A stretch of DNA of 63,815 nt, counting the filler, from Neolecta irregularis DAH-3 (Eukaryota), in NCBI GenBank assembly GCA_001929475.1. It is 4 parts of 4 records of this genome, joined end to end, with 100 filler letters (N's around TTAATTAATTAA, not from the genome) between each part and the next. Parts side by side here need not be neighbours in the genome. Positions count along the whole stretch, not along the records: positions 26,251 to 54,915 come from LXFE01002257.1; 3 more parts are not named here. One strand, given 5' to 3'. Below the pieces are notes generated by a model, which saw nothing but the letters and a program-made list of their open reading frames with translations, had not been told where the DNA came from and searched no databases. This document shows, piece after piece, positions 33,696 to 48,200 of the stretch (positions are counted from its first letter, which is position 1; each line of letters begins with the position of its first letter). The translations under genes were made by a program, and so were the position numbers.

Positions 33696-36028
33696 ATGCA
33701 ATATGTCGGAAGGGCATTTGGCTCTGGTACTCACCTCCAGGCTCCTGTTCTTTGTTGACTGTCCAGTCTCTCGGACGTGGAACTCGATCAATCCAGTACG
33801 TTTGCTCAGTCCCCGCTTTTGCTTACACCACCATAGGCCACACTGTCTGGCGCCATCGATGTCATCGTGGTCGAGCGAGAGAATGGCGACTTGGTCTGCT
33901 CGCCCTTCCATGTACGGTTTGGAAAGTTCTCCACGTTTCGGCCATCAGAGAAGAAAGTAATTCATCCTCGGTTATATACAGCTTACGCATAGGTTGAATT
34001 CAGAATCAACGGAGACAAGACAGACTTTGCAATGAAACTTGGGGAAGGGGGAGAAGCTTTTTTTGTCTTCGAAACAGATCGTGCTGTACCCCAAGAACTT
34101 CAGACTTCTCCGGTGCTTTCTCCTACGACTTCCCCGCTAGCACCAGGCACTGTATGGGTCCAGTTAACCAGTTGTCTTATGAACTAACTTTTGGCAAAGC
34201 CCGCTCCTTTCCAAGAACCTGATTTTCTTGACTTGGATCGGGCATCTGCTTCAAGTGAGGCAACTCTCACCGCGACAAAATGTTAAAGATTGTTTAGAAT
34301 CAGAAAAACCGGATTTTTTAGGCAACGAGGCTTACGTATCTGTCAAAGCAGCGTCAGACACCAATGTGCCACAGAGTCAGCCAATCGATATTAAGGGATC
34401 CGTCAGCAGAGAGTGGTCGATTACCCCGAATTCTCCTACTTCCCATTCTGATAACTGGTCGCTGGAAAATGAGCATCGTCCTCTTGGCCGTGCTTCGTCA
34501 ATGGACTGGGTGTCTCATCATCTCAAAGTCGAGTCAGATCGTCGCCCCTCAGCCTCCCGATCCTCATCCGCGCCACGTCTGGCTGATACGAGAACTATTC
34601 TCGAGAGAGCACATATAATCAGCGAAAAGTTGAACATTACCAACATTCCAACACACATAATGGACAATGGGGGTATAAATAATTTGATAGCAACCAGTAA
34701 TGTTTTGCAGACGTCATGCTGGACATGCACGGTTACAAGTCCACCCACGAAGACGAAATTCATGCCGCTTTAAAAGCGCGGGATATCCTCGCAGCCGAAC
34801 TGAAAGGCGACATCGATATTGAATCGCTAATTGAAGCCGACCGAGATGGAAATCTTTGGATTTATGCCAGCGAAGGCGCCAAGGAAGCAGCAGCTCAAAA
34901 ATCTAGAGAACTATCACCAGAGCCTGGCTCCGCTCCCGGCCTTAGAAACTATTCAAACGACTCGATTCCCTTTTTATCGTCTTCTCCGGAATCTGAGCCT
35001 AGTTTGCATCATAGCAAAAGCGAGCCAACACTGCAAATCTCCTCGTACTCAGATCCTAATAGGAACTATGCGAAAACGCTAAGGTTGACATCTGATCAGC
35101 TGGTACTTGACTTTGTGTAGCTCTGCTGATATTATTAGAAATCCCTTAATCTCAAAGATGGACCAAACCCAATGTCATTTAGCGTCAATCAAGGTCGATC
35201 AATCTGTACCGCTCATATGTATTTCTGGAAATGGAATGTACCTGTCGTGATCTCCGATATTGACGGAACCATCACAAAGTATTTTCCCTGCTATCCTTGG
35301 AAACATCTAATCTTTACGATCTGATGCTCTTGGCCATGTGTTGACCATGATCGGCCGAGACTGGACACACCAGGGAGTCGCAAAACTCTTTAGTGATATC
35401 TTGAAAAATGGCTATCATATCATGTATCTTACAAGTCGATCGGTTGGACAAGCAGACACTACTCGAAACTATTTAAAGACTATCGAACAAGCAAAATACA
35501 AAATTCCCGAAGGCCCGGTATTGATGTCTCCAGACCGTACAATGGCTGCTCTAAGGAGGTAAACTTGTCCTACAGAGTCTTTACTGAATCAAAAGGGAAA
35601 TGATATTGAAGAAACCTGAAGTCTTCAAGATGGCCTGTCTACAAGATATACAGTACCTCTACGGCGAAAACGTCAACCCTTTTTATGCGGGTTTCGGCAA
35701 CCGTATCGCTGATGCAGTGTCTTATCGTTCAGCGGGTGTTCCCTCGTCTCGAATCTTCACCATCAATTCGTACGCGGAGGTTAGAATGGAGTTGCTCGAG
35801 CTCGCTGGATATAGAAGTAGTTACATTTACATGACCGACCTGGTGGATCATTTCTTCCCTCCCGTGGGATTTGCTCAGAGTGGCGAATATACAGATGCTA
35901 TATTTTGGAAAGAATCATTACCGGAAGTTGAGTTTTCGGAATCGAGCGAGGTGGATGAAGATGTTGGATCTGATGGCTCAGAAGGTGAGGAGGAAGGTGG
36001 GGAAGATGAAGATGGTGATTTTGAGTAA
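33696..36028 (+). CDS. PAH1: Lipin / phosphatidate phosphatase (Pah1/Ned1)
   Basis: [32 protein letters not shown]...[10 protein letters not shown] (NLIP domain); [43 protein letters not shown]. Confidence 0.96.
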
Positions 36029-36911
36029 GATTGGGGGAACACATCATGGCATTCCGGGTGGACTAATTGGTTTCGTCTTGTTTTAAGTGTAAGTGGTATT
36101 AGACTGTAAAGAAGGGGGTCTGCATTCATTTGGCTATCTTGCATCTTTACCTCTTCCCTCCATCTCGTTTACCGATTCTTTCGTATTTACCTTTATCGAC
36201 TTCGACGCTTGTGTTTACGTTTATTGAACCCGACGTTTTACTCGGCTTTTGTTTATTTGTCTTTATAGATTCATAATTTTTAGACGCATTTTTATTCGAC
36301 GGTGATATACACAGCGAATGACTCTGCTCGTCAGTCTGGATGGAATACACCCCACTGGTACAGTCTCCGTATTCTTCAATTCTGATTCTGGGTTTGTATC
36401 ATTCTTGTCATATGCAACTTCATTATCCGCCACTTCAAGCATATTCCGCACCATATGGCTTGTGATCTGTATCTCGAGCTTCCATGCTGTCCTTGGGCAA
36501 AGCTTATAAGCAAATTATAGTTCATAGCCGCACTGCTTTTTTAGACATAAAACGAACGCATTGCTGAGAAAGTAGTCTTTGAGGCCTGGCTAATAAGACT
36601 AATGAGAGATAGCTTGGTAGAAGATTCAGGGTGTTTGTGAGAAACTGATGCTGTTTATCTTGTTATTTCATAATGTTTTTTGGACCAAAGTTGATGGAGG
36701 TGTATATACATTGAAGCTTGCTATATTCAAGATTATAGTCATTTGAAAGTAGTACTGCTGTTTCTATGAATAAATTCGAAAATAGTGGTAACTGCAAATC
36801 ATTGCAACGATAGATAAGATCTTGAGATGTTGTCATCTATAAATTTCTTTCATCCACTCATCCATTCATCGACTTGTCTATCTTGTCACCAGCTCCTTTC
36901 CTCGATTTTAT

Positions 36912-38264
36912 ATGGCATCCGACTCTGTACAGTATGTAGTCTTTCCGGGCGATTCATTCTCCTACGTAGCCCTCATCTATGGCTTCGAGCGGAAACTAAA
37001 ATTGCCGAACATCGATCGGCCTTGACTCCTACAACAGCCTCGGAGCTGCTCAAGCATGGTACGATACATTGCCTTAATGAGAAATGAATTTAATTGACTT
37101 TGTCTCTAGGCTTCAAAGTCAGTGTTGAACGATCTGATCAACGAATCTTTAAAGATTCTGAATTCGAAAAGTAGGATTCAGTGTTTGAATCGGCCTTTAA
37201 TAACCTAGAGCCGGATTGGAGCTGGTGCCCTTCAGCTCTTGGCGTGAAGCTCCAAAATATGCATATGTAATTGGACTCAAAGAACTGCCTGAGAATGACA
37301 ATTCTCCCCTCATTCATAACCACATCATGTTTGCGCACTGTTACAAGCAGCAAAGCGGCTGGAAAAATATTTTAAAGAGATGGCAAGAAGGAGGGGGAAC
37401 GCTATACGACTTGGAATTTCTAGAGAACGATGGACGAAGAGTTGCTGCTTTCGGGTTTCATGCTGGTTTCACGGGTTCGGCACTAGGAATTGAAGTCTGG
37501 GCTTGGCAAATATTGCATCCCAGAGAGGAATATGGATCCGTTATACCTTCTCCTTCTGAAGATCATCTGGTTCAAAAGGTGCAAAAGTCCTTAAAAGCTG
37601 CACGTACATTCTCTTCTAGAGTTCACGTCTCACTGTGATGCAGTAAAAGCGAACAATGGACAATATCCTAGGGTTATTGTGATGGGGGCTCTAGGAAGAT
37701 GCGGAAGCGGAGCTGTCGACTTTGCAAATAAGGTTGGAATTCCGGAAGAACAGATCCTGAAGTGGGACATGGCAGAAACAGCAAAAGGTGGTCCTTTCAA
37801 GGAAATAACCGAATGTACTTCTCTTTTTCGGATATTCCTAACCAATAAGCTGACATTTTTGTTAATTGTATCTACCTCAAAACTCCCATTCCCCCTTTCA
37901 TCACGCCGGAAACCATCGATCTCCCATCACGCAAACTCTCGGTAATCGTTGATGTAAGTTGTGATACAACAAATTCTTACAATCCCATCCCAATCTATAG
38001 CATAAATACGACTTTTGAAAGACCCACTGTCTCCGTTGCGGCCAAGTGTGTTTGTCCTCTTATGTGGTTACTGATACAAGGGCGAAACCACGGCTATCAA
38101 TTATATCAATTGACCATCTGCCAACTCTTTTACCACGGGAAGCTAGTGAGTCGTTTAGTTCTTCTTTACTCCCTAGCTTGCTTCAATTAAAACACGTCAC
38201 ATCGGCAAAAGTATGGACTGACGCAGAGAGGATATTTAGAGAAAATATCGCTATGTTACAGTAA
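36912..38264 (+). CDS. LYS1: Saccharopine dehydrogenase (NAD+, L-lysine-forming)
   Basis: [75 protein letters not shown]. Confidence 0.96.
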
Positions 38265-38459
38265 ATTTTCCCTGAGTATCATACTTGAAGCAGAAGCCCT
38301 GCTATTCAGGGAATTGTGACACTTTATCTGGGAATGAGCATTTACAAATTAATTTGATCTTTTCAACTATGTAGCTACAAATACGAGAAATAGGATGAAC
38401 GACAACGCTTTGAAAATGCCCCCTAAAATTACGCCAAGACAAAATCAAAAGAAAAAACG

Positions 38460-41400
38460 CTAGACAGCGTCGTCGGCTCCCACAAGTTGATATCCATGGT
38501 TTCTATCTAACAATTTTCTGATAATGGAAGTATTATTGCTTCTCGCGGGATTTATTTCATCGTCATCATAGGAGAACTCGGGCCGTTTCCATCGTTTTAA
38601 AAGAAGACTGCTACAAACGACACTAACACTTGAACAAGCCATTGCAAAACCTTTAATTAGTCAATCAACCGCCAAAAAAGAAAACGTGCCAGCCATCATA
38701 GGATGTAAATGAATACCCAAAGGTAAGAAAACACCCATTGCAACAGGAATTCCGATAAGATTATAACCACAAGCCCAAACAAGATTCATTTTAATTCTCC
38801 GAAAAATGGTACAGGCAAGATCGAGTGAGGATAAAACGTCGATAATAACATGAGGTCTCATTAAAACCACATCCGCCGCTTCCATCGCCACGTCGGTTCC
38901 AGAAGCTAGGGCAATTCCAACATCGGCGGTCGCAAGAGCCGGACTATCGTTTATACCGTCACCTACCATTGCAACTATTTCACCATTTGACTGCATTTTG
39001 GCGATAATTTCGGATTTTCCCTGAGGGGTGATACCTGACCAGATCTGTGACGGTAGAATGTCAACTTGCTGCGCTATTCGAAGTGATGTTACTCTTTGAT
39101 CACCAGTTACCTTTGGAATTAGAAACTGTCCTGCCAAGAAAGCATTTACCATTGCTACTTTGTATCCCATTCTTTTTAAATTATAGATAGTTGCTCGCGA
39201 GTCTACTTTAATTTTATCACTGAGCGATAGAATTCCCGAATATTCTCCATTGATTGCAACGAACACGCACGTTCGACCAAGGTTCTGTTGTTGTGCAGCG
39301 AATCCTGTTAACAAATGTTCTGGTACATAAATTTTGCGGCTTTCAAGATATTTCTGGTTTCCAACCATTATTTGATATCCATGTGTGCTTCCTTCAAAGG
39401 TAACGAGACATTCCACTCCATTTCCAGTGGTAGCAATAAATCCAGATACAGATGTTGGAAATAAATCTTCCTCTGTTAAATGAAGGATCTTACGAGCTGC
39501 AGAGACGATTGCTTTTCCGATTGGATGTTCTGAAGAGTGCTCGGCAGAAGCAATCATACTCCACCAGAGAGCACTCATGTTCGTTGTAGACCAAGTAGAT
39601 GATGAAATGACATGCTGAATCACATCCATGCGACCTTCTGTGATAGTCCCAGTTTTGTCGAATACAATTTGAGTGACTCGAGTTGCTGCTTCGAGGACCG
39701 AGCCACCTTTAAAAAGAATACCGTTTTGTGCACCAACACCTAAACATGAGAAATGCTAAGGAAGATAAAGATACCTGTTCCAACCATAACCGCAGTAGGA
39801 GTACTTAGACCCAATGCACAAGGACAAGCCACGACAATAACCGAAATACAAAGCTGCAAACATACCATCAACTTACCACCATGATGTCCTTCGACAAAGA
39901 TAGGAGGTGGTGTTTTCAGGACATGACTGAGAAACATCCATGCAACAAAAGTAAACGCTCCCAAGATCACCACCAAGGGAACAAAATAACCGGCAATGTG
40001 ATCGGCAAGCCGCTGTATCGGAGCCCGAGAAGTCTGAGCTTCCTGGACTAACTGTACGATCTGAGCAAGCTTTGTGTCTCTTCCAGCCCTCGTAACACGA
40101 TATTCTATCTGTCCGGAGCCGTTGACTGTTCCTCCAATAAGAGTACTTCCGACCGATTTTTGAACAGGCATAGCTTCACCCGTAATCATACTTTCATCTA
40201 CAAAAGACTGCCCTGAAATGGCAAGTCCATCGGCCGGTATCTTTGAACCGGGTTTCAATATAATGACATCATCAACTTGCAATAATTCTGTCGGAATCTT
40301 TTTCTCTTCACGCGAATTTTCGTTGATTACAGTAGCCATTGAAGGAGTCAACGACATTAGCCTGGACAAAGCAGCCGATGTTTGTCCTTTTGCTTTATTC
40401 TCTAAATATCTTCCCAAGGTTACAAATGTAATCAACGTAGTTGAAGTATCAAAAAAAGTGGACGGTGTTTCATGACGTGGAATCATCATACTTATTAAAA
40501 TTGCGACGATGGAATATACGAAGGCTGCTGTTGTGCCTAGACATACGAGCACATCCATGGTCGCCATTCCATGACGTAAAGATTTGGCAGCAGCTCGATA
40601 GAATCTCGTCGCTATACCAAATTGAATAGGTATAGTCAATACCAGACATAGTAAATCTCCAAGTGTAAGACCTTGAAAGATAATCCTTGTTGCGCAAAAT
40701 GCTCGTCCCCATGCGAAATGAGGCAACACCATCCCTAGAATAAAAACCGGGATTGCAAAGATGAGGCAATGAATGAATTGACCTTTCCACATTCGAATCT
40801 CTTTTGTACGCGCGAGAGATTCGAGTTGGGCGTTTGTGTCTGCTGTATCCGCAACAATAGCATCGAATCCAGCTGCCTCGATTGATTCCACAAACTGACG
40901 AATCCGAGGTTTTCCAACGAATACGATTCTAGCTTCTTCCGTCGCCAAATTTACCATTGCTTCTTTGACGCCTTCATTTGCTAGAATAGCATTTTCTACA
41001 GAGAAAACACAACTGGAACATGTCATTCCGAAAATTTTAAGAGTGACACTTTGTGCTCTGTAATTATCGTGGCCTGAAACTGGTTCCTTTGAGCTAATAA
41101 TAACGGTATCGAATCCTGCATCTTCGATTATTTGCCGAATTCTTTTAGCAGAGCATTGCGACGATAGATGAGTTGCGACTCCACGCTCGGCTAGTAACGA
41201 CACCGTAAAGGTTTCTAGACCTTGTATGTTTACCGTGTCGACCACCCTCTCGATACTCGCCACACAGCTTGCGCAAGTCATTCCTTTAATTGAAAAGGTC
41301 GTAATTGTGAATTGTTGTTCATCCTTTTTCAATCCAGTTTGCCAAGGCCTTGGTGACGCTAGTCTAGGAACGAATGGTGTAAGAGGGATATCTGACATAC

Positions 41401-41688
41401 ACGATATTCGGGTGGGGCGGGGGGTCTCAGCGGTCAAATTTCTTGATGTTGCATCGAAGCCAGCATCCTGAATCCCGTCAATTAGTTGTTGTTTGGATAC
41501 GCGTTCTGAGTCGTAGGTTATTGTAGCAAGGCTCCGTTGCAGAGAGACGGTAACCGAATTCACGCCGGCGAGAGATTCAAGAGCCCCTGTCACAGATTCA
41601 ACACAGGACGAACAAGTCATTCCTGTCGGTTAGACTTTACAACAATGCCACGAATACCGTAGATCGGAATTGAAGTAGTAGAAAACAT
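38460..41688 (-). CDS. CCC2: Copper-transporting P1B ATPase
   Basis: Three HMA motifs (GMTCSSC, GMTCASC, GMTCSSC), [38 protein letters not shown]...[10 protein letters not shown]. Confidence 0.96.
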
Positions 41689-42130
41689 GGTAAAAGACAA
41701 ATCCCGGATCAACCGAGGGATATACCGGATAATATTTCAGCGGAATAGCTGAAGTCAAGAGTTTCGAGTTTTTACCGGCAGCAACAGGACGACTGGACGT
41801 TATAAAGATGGTCCTTTCTTACAACTAATGAACCAAGCTCGGTTTCAAGCCAATGCAAGGGTTTGCTTGGCGCCTGTTTCGGTTCGGCGGTTGCAAAGCC
41901 GTTTGTGTTTAGACCCACGTAAACACTTGAAATGGCAGATAGTCCGGATTGAGTTCATCCACCACGCCACACCACAAAAAGGCGATTCAGACAAAGAAAC
42001 CTGACAGAAAGGATCATTATCTTTCCTATTATGTAACTAAAAATATAACATATCACAAGGAGAACTAAAATGCATCACATAACGCCAATCCTGAATATTG
42101 CCCGTACCACATGAAACGTAAGAAGAAAGA

Positions 42131-43713
42131 CTAACGGATGGTAGTCATAGCTTTAGCCATCTCGCTAGATTTCTTCCCGTCAGCCATACCGGAAGCGCTC
42201 TTCTTAGCGGCTTCAAACACTCGCCAGAACTTGAGATTCTCATCAGCAGCTGCAGTAGCAAGAACCTGTCCGTCTGGCGAGAGAGTAGAGTGGAGAACTC
42301 GGGTTTCATGGGCGGAAATTTCAACGGTTTTCGCGAGGGAGGGATAAGCCCAGATTGCGAGGTGGTTGTCAGGGAATCCGTGACTGGAAACAATTTCACG
42401 GTATGACGGTGACCAGCGGAGCGAAGTTACTTGGGAACCGGTGTCAATCGAATTAACACGGGCACCAGTGGTCGAATTCCAAAAGTGAATATGTTTGTCA
42501 TAGGACCCACCACCAGTTGAAAGAAGATTCAATTGCCATGGGCACCAGGCGAGGGCCTAAACAATGTTAACCGTCTAAATCAAAAGAGATTAACCTTGAC
42601 AGCAGCACGATGGTTGGTCTTGGTGAATTTAGGAACCGAGCTTCGAGCATCCCAGATATTGACCAGGTTATCATTGCCACCTGAAGCCAATTGGGCGCCA
42701 TCACTGCGCCATTCCAGACCACAGACTTCACTTCCATGGCCGTTTAGTTCAGCAATTTTATGTTTAGCAACTCGAACATCGTGATTCCAGATACTTCCAT
42801 CACGGCATCCACTCGAAAGCATATGCTTGTCCCAACTAAGCACGCCAACTCGAGCGTCATGGCCGTTCATACTTCTCATCTTCTGACTGGTGACCGCGTC
42901 CCAGATTTGAACATCGCCGTCACCGAGGCCGACTGCAAGATAACTTCCATCACCGGACCACTTAAGACCGGAAATGTACGTATCTTCACGACTTTCCAAA
43001 AGGGAAACGACGTTGCCGGTATCAGCGTTCCAAACGTAGACGCTCCGTTCAAGACCAATTGCAACTTGATTGGTGTTTGACCAGTCAAGAAGGTTGAGGT
43101 AGTAGTCGTCAACGATCCCCGGGGCATCCAAAACCCGCTCCGGAGCTGTAAGAACACGTCGACGGAACTGAGCGGCTTGTGCGGCGGGCTTGAGAGGTCT
43201 GTTGTATTGAGACCGAAGATCGACCGGTCTTGATGATTCGGGGGCTTCCGGCTTGAATGCGAGGATGCGAGTGTTGAGTGCAAGGCCACAGGCTTCAGCA
43301 ACAGAAGATTGATAGGAAGGGTCGTAGAGGGTATTTGACTGACTGTTTGAGGAGCCGGGTCTCGAATCAATCTTGGAAGCAGCTGTGGAGGATGCGTTTC
43401 TGGTCGGAATGAACCGATCAGCTTGAGCGATCGATCTTGCGACCCTTTTCCTTGTCTGACGGCCAGGCGTTTGTATTGACGCAGCATTCCCAGTGCCGGT
43501 TAAAGCCCAGTCTGAATGAACAACTTCAAGCTTCAATGGCGAGCTGCGGTAGATGGAAGATTTAGGAGTGTGCTTGACGGATTTAGGGACTCCAACGATC
43601 GAAGCATTGCGACGAGGCGTCAGAGGAGAAGCTCCAAAGTTCAGCTTCTTGCCTGAGACAGGAGTTCGAGGTAGCGAACAACGAGCAGATTGTTTGACTG
43701 GGGTTGAGAACAT
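42131..43713 (-). CDS. CDC20: APC/C activator Cdc20/Slp1
   Basis: C-box DRFIP, RILAFK, ERVLDAPGIVDDYYLNLLDW, WD40 repeats, C-terminal IR tail; one intron near 42560-42593. Confidence 0.96.
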
Positions 43714-43905
43714 TTTTGAATAACTGATTGATGAGATTCCGTAACCTGTACGAGAAACAGATGTGTAAAACTTATGCAAATATGCCAAGAGTAGAACAGA
43801 GGGAAACAACGAGAGGTCGACTCTGCGTTGAGAAGATGATGGAGGGTGGGGAGAAAGTGGAGCGAGAAGGCGAGGTTTTATATTTGGGTGATGAGCTGGA
43901 AGAAT

Positions 43906-43930
43906 GTCTCAAACGGGCAATTCGTAAACA
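43906..43930. promoter_or_regulatory. Putative MADS + forkhead composite site upstream of CDC20
   Basis: CTCAAACGGG (near-CC-N6-GG) followed by GTAAACA at 43924, ~200 nt upstream of the ATG. Confidence 0.35.
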
Positions 43931-44142
43931 AAAAAAAGACCTCATTTATTTAGGCGCCGCCATTCAACGGATGTCACATCTGTCAATTGCACAATATCAG
44001 AAATAAATCACATATCAAGCCTAGATATCCAACTAGATTCAGCAATGGAGAAAGAATAGTACGCTGTGACAATTCTATTACTATCCAAGAAATCTAATGC
44101 TATGCACCAAAGAAAAAGATCTATCATGATCTCTATGATGTA

Positions 44143-46067
44143 TCAGTCGTCGTCATCTTCAGAGACGCTACTACTTGAGTCTTGGCTCAAAACCTTCTTG
44201 TCACCCTTGACATTATCACACTCAATTTCATCAACGATCCTCGCATCTTCAGCGGCTTCAATGCAAAAGGCGACGAGCGATTCACGGCCAAGCTCATAGA
44301 ACCCGGAAGTCCTTACAACTTTTCCCCAATTCTCCTGAGAAAACGATACAACCTTTTTATGCAATACTTCTTCTCCGGTAGTCATCGCTGCATCCCAAAT
44401 TACGGCCGCGTGTACAATATCAATCCCGTGAAGTAATCGATTCATACAAACAGATCGAAGTCGAGTCATCGCATAGAGATTCGCAAGAACTAGTAGTCGT
44501 GCAAGGAGATTAACAGGTGTATCGCGAGGAATCGAATCCGTATACAAGTATGTCAAAAAGGCCTTGATCACGCTGTACTGTTCCGGTAAATGTAAAACTC
44601 GCTCCACAGATTCAGTCATTTGACTGTCTATCAGACTTCGAAAATGCGGCCATCGGGCATGTAAAATTAAGGAATGAGCTCTAAGGATATTTTCAGAGTC
44701 ATCGCCGGGGATGTCACTGGATGTAGTAATCGTGAAATCGCACGTATCGGAAATATCTAATAACGAACCAATCTCTCTTCCAAAAGTGGTGACGGCATTA
44801 TTTGTCAGAGACGATTTTGGCTCGATGCCGAATTCGGACAATTCAATTGTCAGTAAAGCGGCTAGATGAGTGTTATCCTGGGGTCCCGATCCCACCAGAT
44901 GAACTCGCGTTGAGCCATCTCCGACCATATAAACCCATGTATAACCATTGCCCAAAAGAGTCCCGTCAGCAATGCGCTTCCATTCACCTGTTTCGATACT
45001 GTAAGACGAGATACAAAGATCGCCTGGACGCGATGCTGGTCCTTGTGTTGTAACGTCGATTAGATATCCTTCGCAGTAATAATGCAGGTGGTTTCCGACT
45101 GCCTGGCGAGGACACGAGGGGCCAGCTGTTCGAATTCGGTTCGATTGTCGTGCGTTTAAATTATAACAGGTCAATTCGTCTGTTCTGGTGATATCTGGCG
45201 TCAGCCCCGCGAATGAGTAGATGCAGTCTCCGTGCAAAAAGGAAAACTGGTCATAACGGGGAAAATATTCCCTGACTTTTTTCCAGTTCATATTGTAGAG
45301 GTCGAGAGAGTAGATGTCGCCTTGGCATGTTGGATTTCTGGCATCGGGATATTGACCGCCTGTTATATACATTGTATCCTGGATCAAGACAGCTGTTGAG
45401 CGTGTTCGATGTGACGGGATGTCTCCAGTGGTGATTGGATTTTCAAAAGTATGAAGTTGGAGATCGATGATGGTGATCTCGTTGTATATTGCTGAACCAG
45501 CGTCCTCCCCACCAAAAATCAGCTGTTTTATCAGTTAGAGCATCTATCTCGACTTGTACTAGATATCTCTGCTGCCACAGTACGGCGGCATGTCCAAGTC
45601 GTTCTGAAGCAATCTGCGTATCGGGGTTTGCCTTGTATACAGGATGTTTTGATTTCGTGAGAGGCACACGTGTCCACTGCAGATCGTCCAGGTTGAGCGA
45701 ATGGAGTTGTGACGAGACGTTTTCTGCACGAGTCAGTAGGTCTGGCTTATCGATAAGGTCCGATACCGGTGTTATCTACGTCGTAGCCGCCTTTTCTAGT
45801 CAGTATACGATGAAACAGGAGGCTACCATAGAGGTAGAGTGTATTATTGGGACCGAGAACAATGGAGCCGCTGACCCAGCACGGGAGTCCTGCTACCAGG
45901 AGTCAACATATCGCTATAGACATAGATATAGATATAGATGTCGAACCTGCGATCGGTCTGAGGGATACTGGCGGCGGGCGGTGGGGCGGATCGTGGAGAG
46001 TCCAGCGGGAAGACGCAGGCGTCAGCGCCAATGTGTTTGCAGGGGCGGCAGAAGCGGGAGAGTTCAT
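44143..46067 (-). CDS. Kelch-repeat + BTB/POZ protein (multi-exon)
   Basis: Kelch motifs LYLYGGYD, RLGHAAV, IFGG, MYITGG, YSFAG; BTB motifs DFTI...AHSLILHARWPHF...FLTYLYTDSI. Start inferred by splicing (MNSPASA). Confidence 0.85.
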
Positions 46068-46505
46068 TTGGCAGAAACTGCGCCACACATTGAGGCGCTC
46101 TTTAAAGCACCCGCCACACGCACGTGATTACACAGCCCCGCCCCTGGCCAACCACCTGCCATATATTAGCGGCCATTTGCTAGCGCTGCACTAAGGCTAG
46201 CTGTACACAATTCATGTTCATACAGCAGTATTCCTCGATCCAACCAAGGGAGCTGTAAGCACGTCACAGAATGCTTCACTAAGAGAACCAGAGGCAGCAG
46301 TCTAACGTAAGGAAATGTAAACCTGACACAATATAATAAGTATGTAGCAAAGAAATACCATTAATCAACTCAAGGGCACAGCCATGGATACATATTTGTA
46401 AGTAGCAGGCAAGCTTGCTTCTATTGGCCGCTGGGAAAATAATCCATTGATTGTGCTTTTATCAATCAAAATGACGGAAACCAAGAAATGCTTCTAAACT
46501 CATTC

Positions 46506-47098
46506 TTAACCACTCGCTCTCAAGTCGAGAATATGCTTGTTCAACTGGTATTGCCCCAGGATCTTAGCAGAAAGCTTACTCGCACCGGTGACTGGGCCAA
46601 GACACTTCTATCACCAGTGAGAACAAGTGTAATGAACGAAAACAAAATACCGTAGACCCACATTTACATTCAAATGGCTGTGCCATATCCCACTCTGTCG
46701 ACGGATAAAAATATGTGAGCTCTCCATGCTTTGGAATATCAACATTAGCTCGTACCACCATTTCCTCAATGTCAATTATCGCGGTAGGAGAACATGAATG
46801 GTTCATATAAACAAGGTCACTGTTCAGCTTGGTACATCAGTAAAGATTTCTATGATACTTGCCTCAATATGTGCAACCTTGGATATCTGGACGCTTGTAT
46901 ATCGTTTGGGTCCAGTCGTACTCCCCTCGATTTTGGCAATCACATCACCAGCTTTGAAATCCTGGAATACATTATTCCCGCGGAATAAAGCATGAATACT
47001 TTTTTTGCAAATAGTCCAGAAGCATAATCTCCGCTTTGAAAATTGACTTTGAATAGTTCGGGATGCGAGGGCTTGTAATCTTGTCCAATGATGGTCAT
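46506..47098 (-). CDS. Small stand-alone SET/post-SET domain protein
   Basis: YTSVQ, YMNHSCSP, GELTYFYPSTEWDMAQPFECKCGS..CLG. Confidence 0.85.
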
Positions 47099-47378
47099 GG
47101 TCAAGGTTTAGAGATCGGGGGCCGAGCGGAATGGAGGAGATTTATTTGCCAACCCGGGCCAACCCGGGTAGCCACACCAGATACATCAACCAGGCTACAA
47201 AAGCACGAATGTAAAGAGATAAAAGAGACTGCAGTACTAGAAATACAATGAACAAGGACTATAAACATTATCATATCTTCCGACATCTGTATTCCCCACA
47301 ACAAACGATGCAGCAATCATAAACAAGGACACAGAAAAAGAAATTTAACGATAAAATCGTACACAAATATTGATAGGA

Positions 47379-48200
47379 CTATTCTTTTGTTCCTTCGCTC
47401 TTCCTCCGTTTCTTCTTCTCGCGTTTCTCAATAGTAGGGCTGACAGTTGTCGTTTCTTCTTGAGCTTTATTGATTTTCTTTCGCTTCTTTTCCGGGGAGC
47501 TTTCCTTGGCTGGTTTCCCGCCAATTGCAGCAGCAGCCGCAGAGTCATCGTCTTTACCATCTTTGTTGATAGCGGTAAATCCACCTGCTTTAGATTTTGA
47601 CGAGCTCTTAGGAGTGTTCTTCTTTGTTTCGGTGGCAGCGACGGGTGTTGTTTTTTTGGGTTCGTCAGGTCGGATGAATTCGCCTTTTGCGTAGAGCTTC
47701 ATCTCCTGAACATGCTTAGCCTTTTCCTCTTCGGCTTTGGCTTCCCATGGCTACACATCTCAGCATGATCCCCTAAAAATGGTTAATTGATACCTTCCTG
47801 TCATCCTCTGATGTTTCTTTCCACATGGCACCTAATCGCGACATGACAGTCTTTTGGTCGCCGCTATTCGCCAGTTCCTTTTGAACTACAGGTCTGTGCA
47901 GGTCGCAAAACAACAGGTATGCGTTCTTGGCAGCCTTGGGAGCATTCGGATCTTTCTTTTTGCGTTCTTTTTTCTCAGGCTCCGGCGGGGATTCGCCTTT
48001 AGCTGGTTCCGAGTCTTTTACAGTCGAATCGGAAAGACTAGTTGCATAATCCTGGAAAGCACGGGCGGCGCTCGTACAGACGCGGGAAAGCAACTCGATC
48101 TGCTCTACAACCTGCAAAATTTTAGCAGTTTGTTTTTCTTTTTTTGAAAATGTCGGCAGATTAGACTTACCGCTTTGCGCTTTTCCTCTAGATTACTCAT
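47379..48200 (-). CDS. HMG-box protein (Hmo1-like) with Lys-rich tail
   Basis: KKKDPNAPKAAKNAYLLFC...MSRLGAMWKE...PWEAKA; basic C-terminus; 3 exons. Confidence 0.88.

Noticed and set aside
33399-33911. 170-aa minus-strand ORF and other overlapping ORFs in the FN3/lipin promoter
   Set aside because: Antisense to lipin exons 1-3, with no independent coding signal.
36147-36510. Hydrophilic minus-strand ORFs between PAH1 and LYS1
   Set aside because: A possible intron is present but there is no recognisable family or clear start, so support is insufficient.
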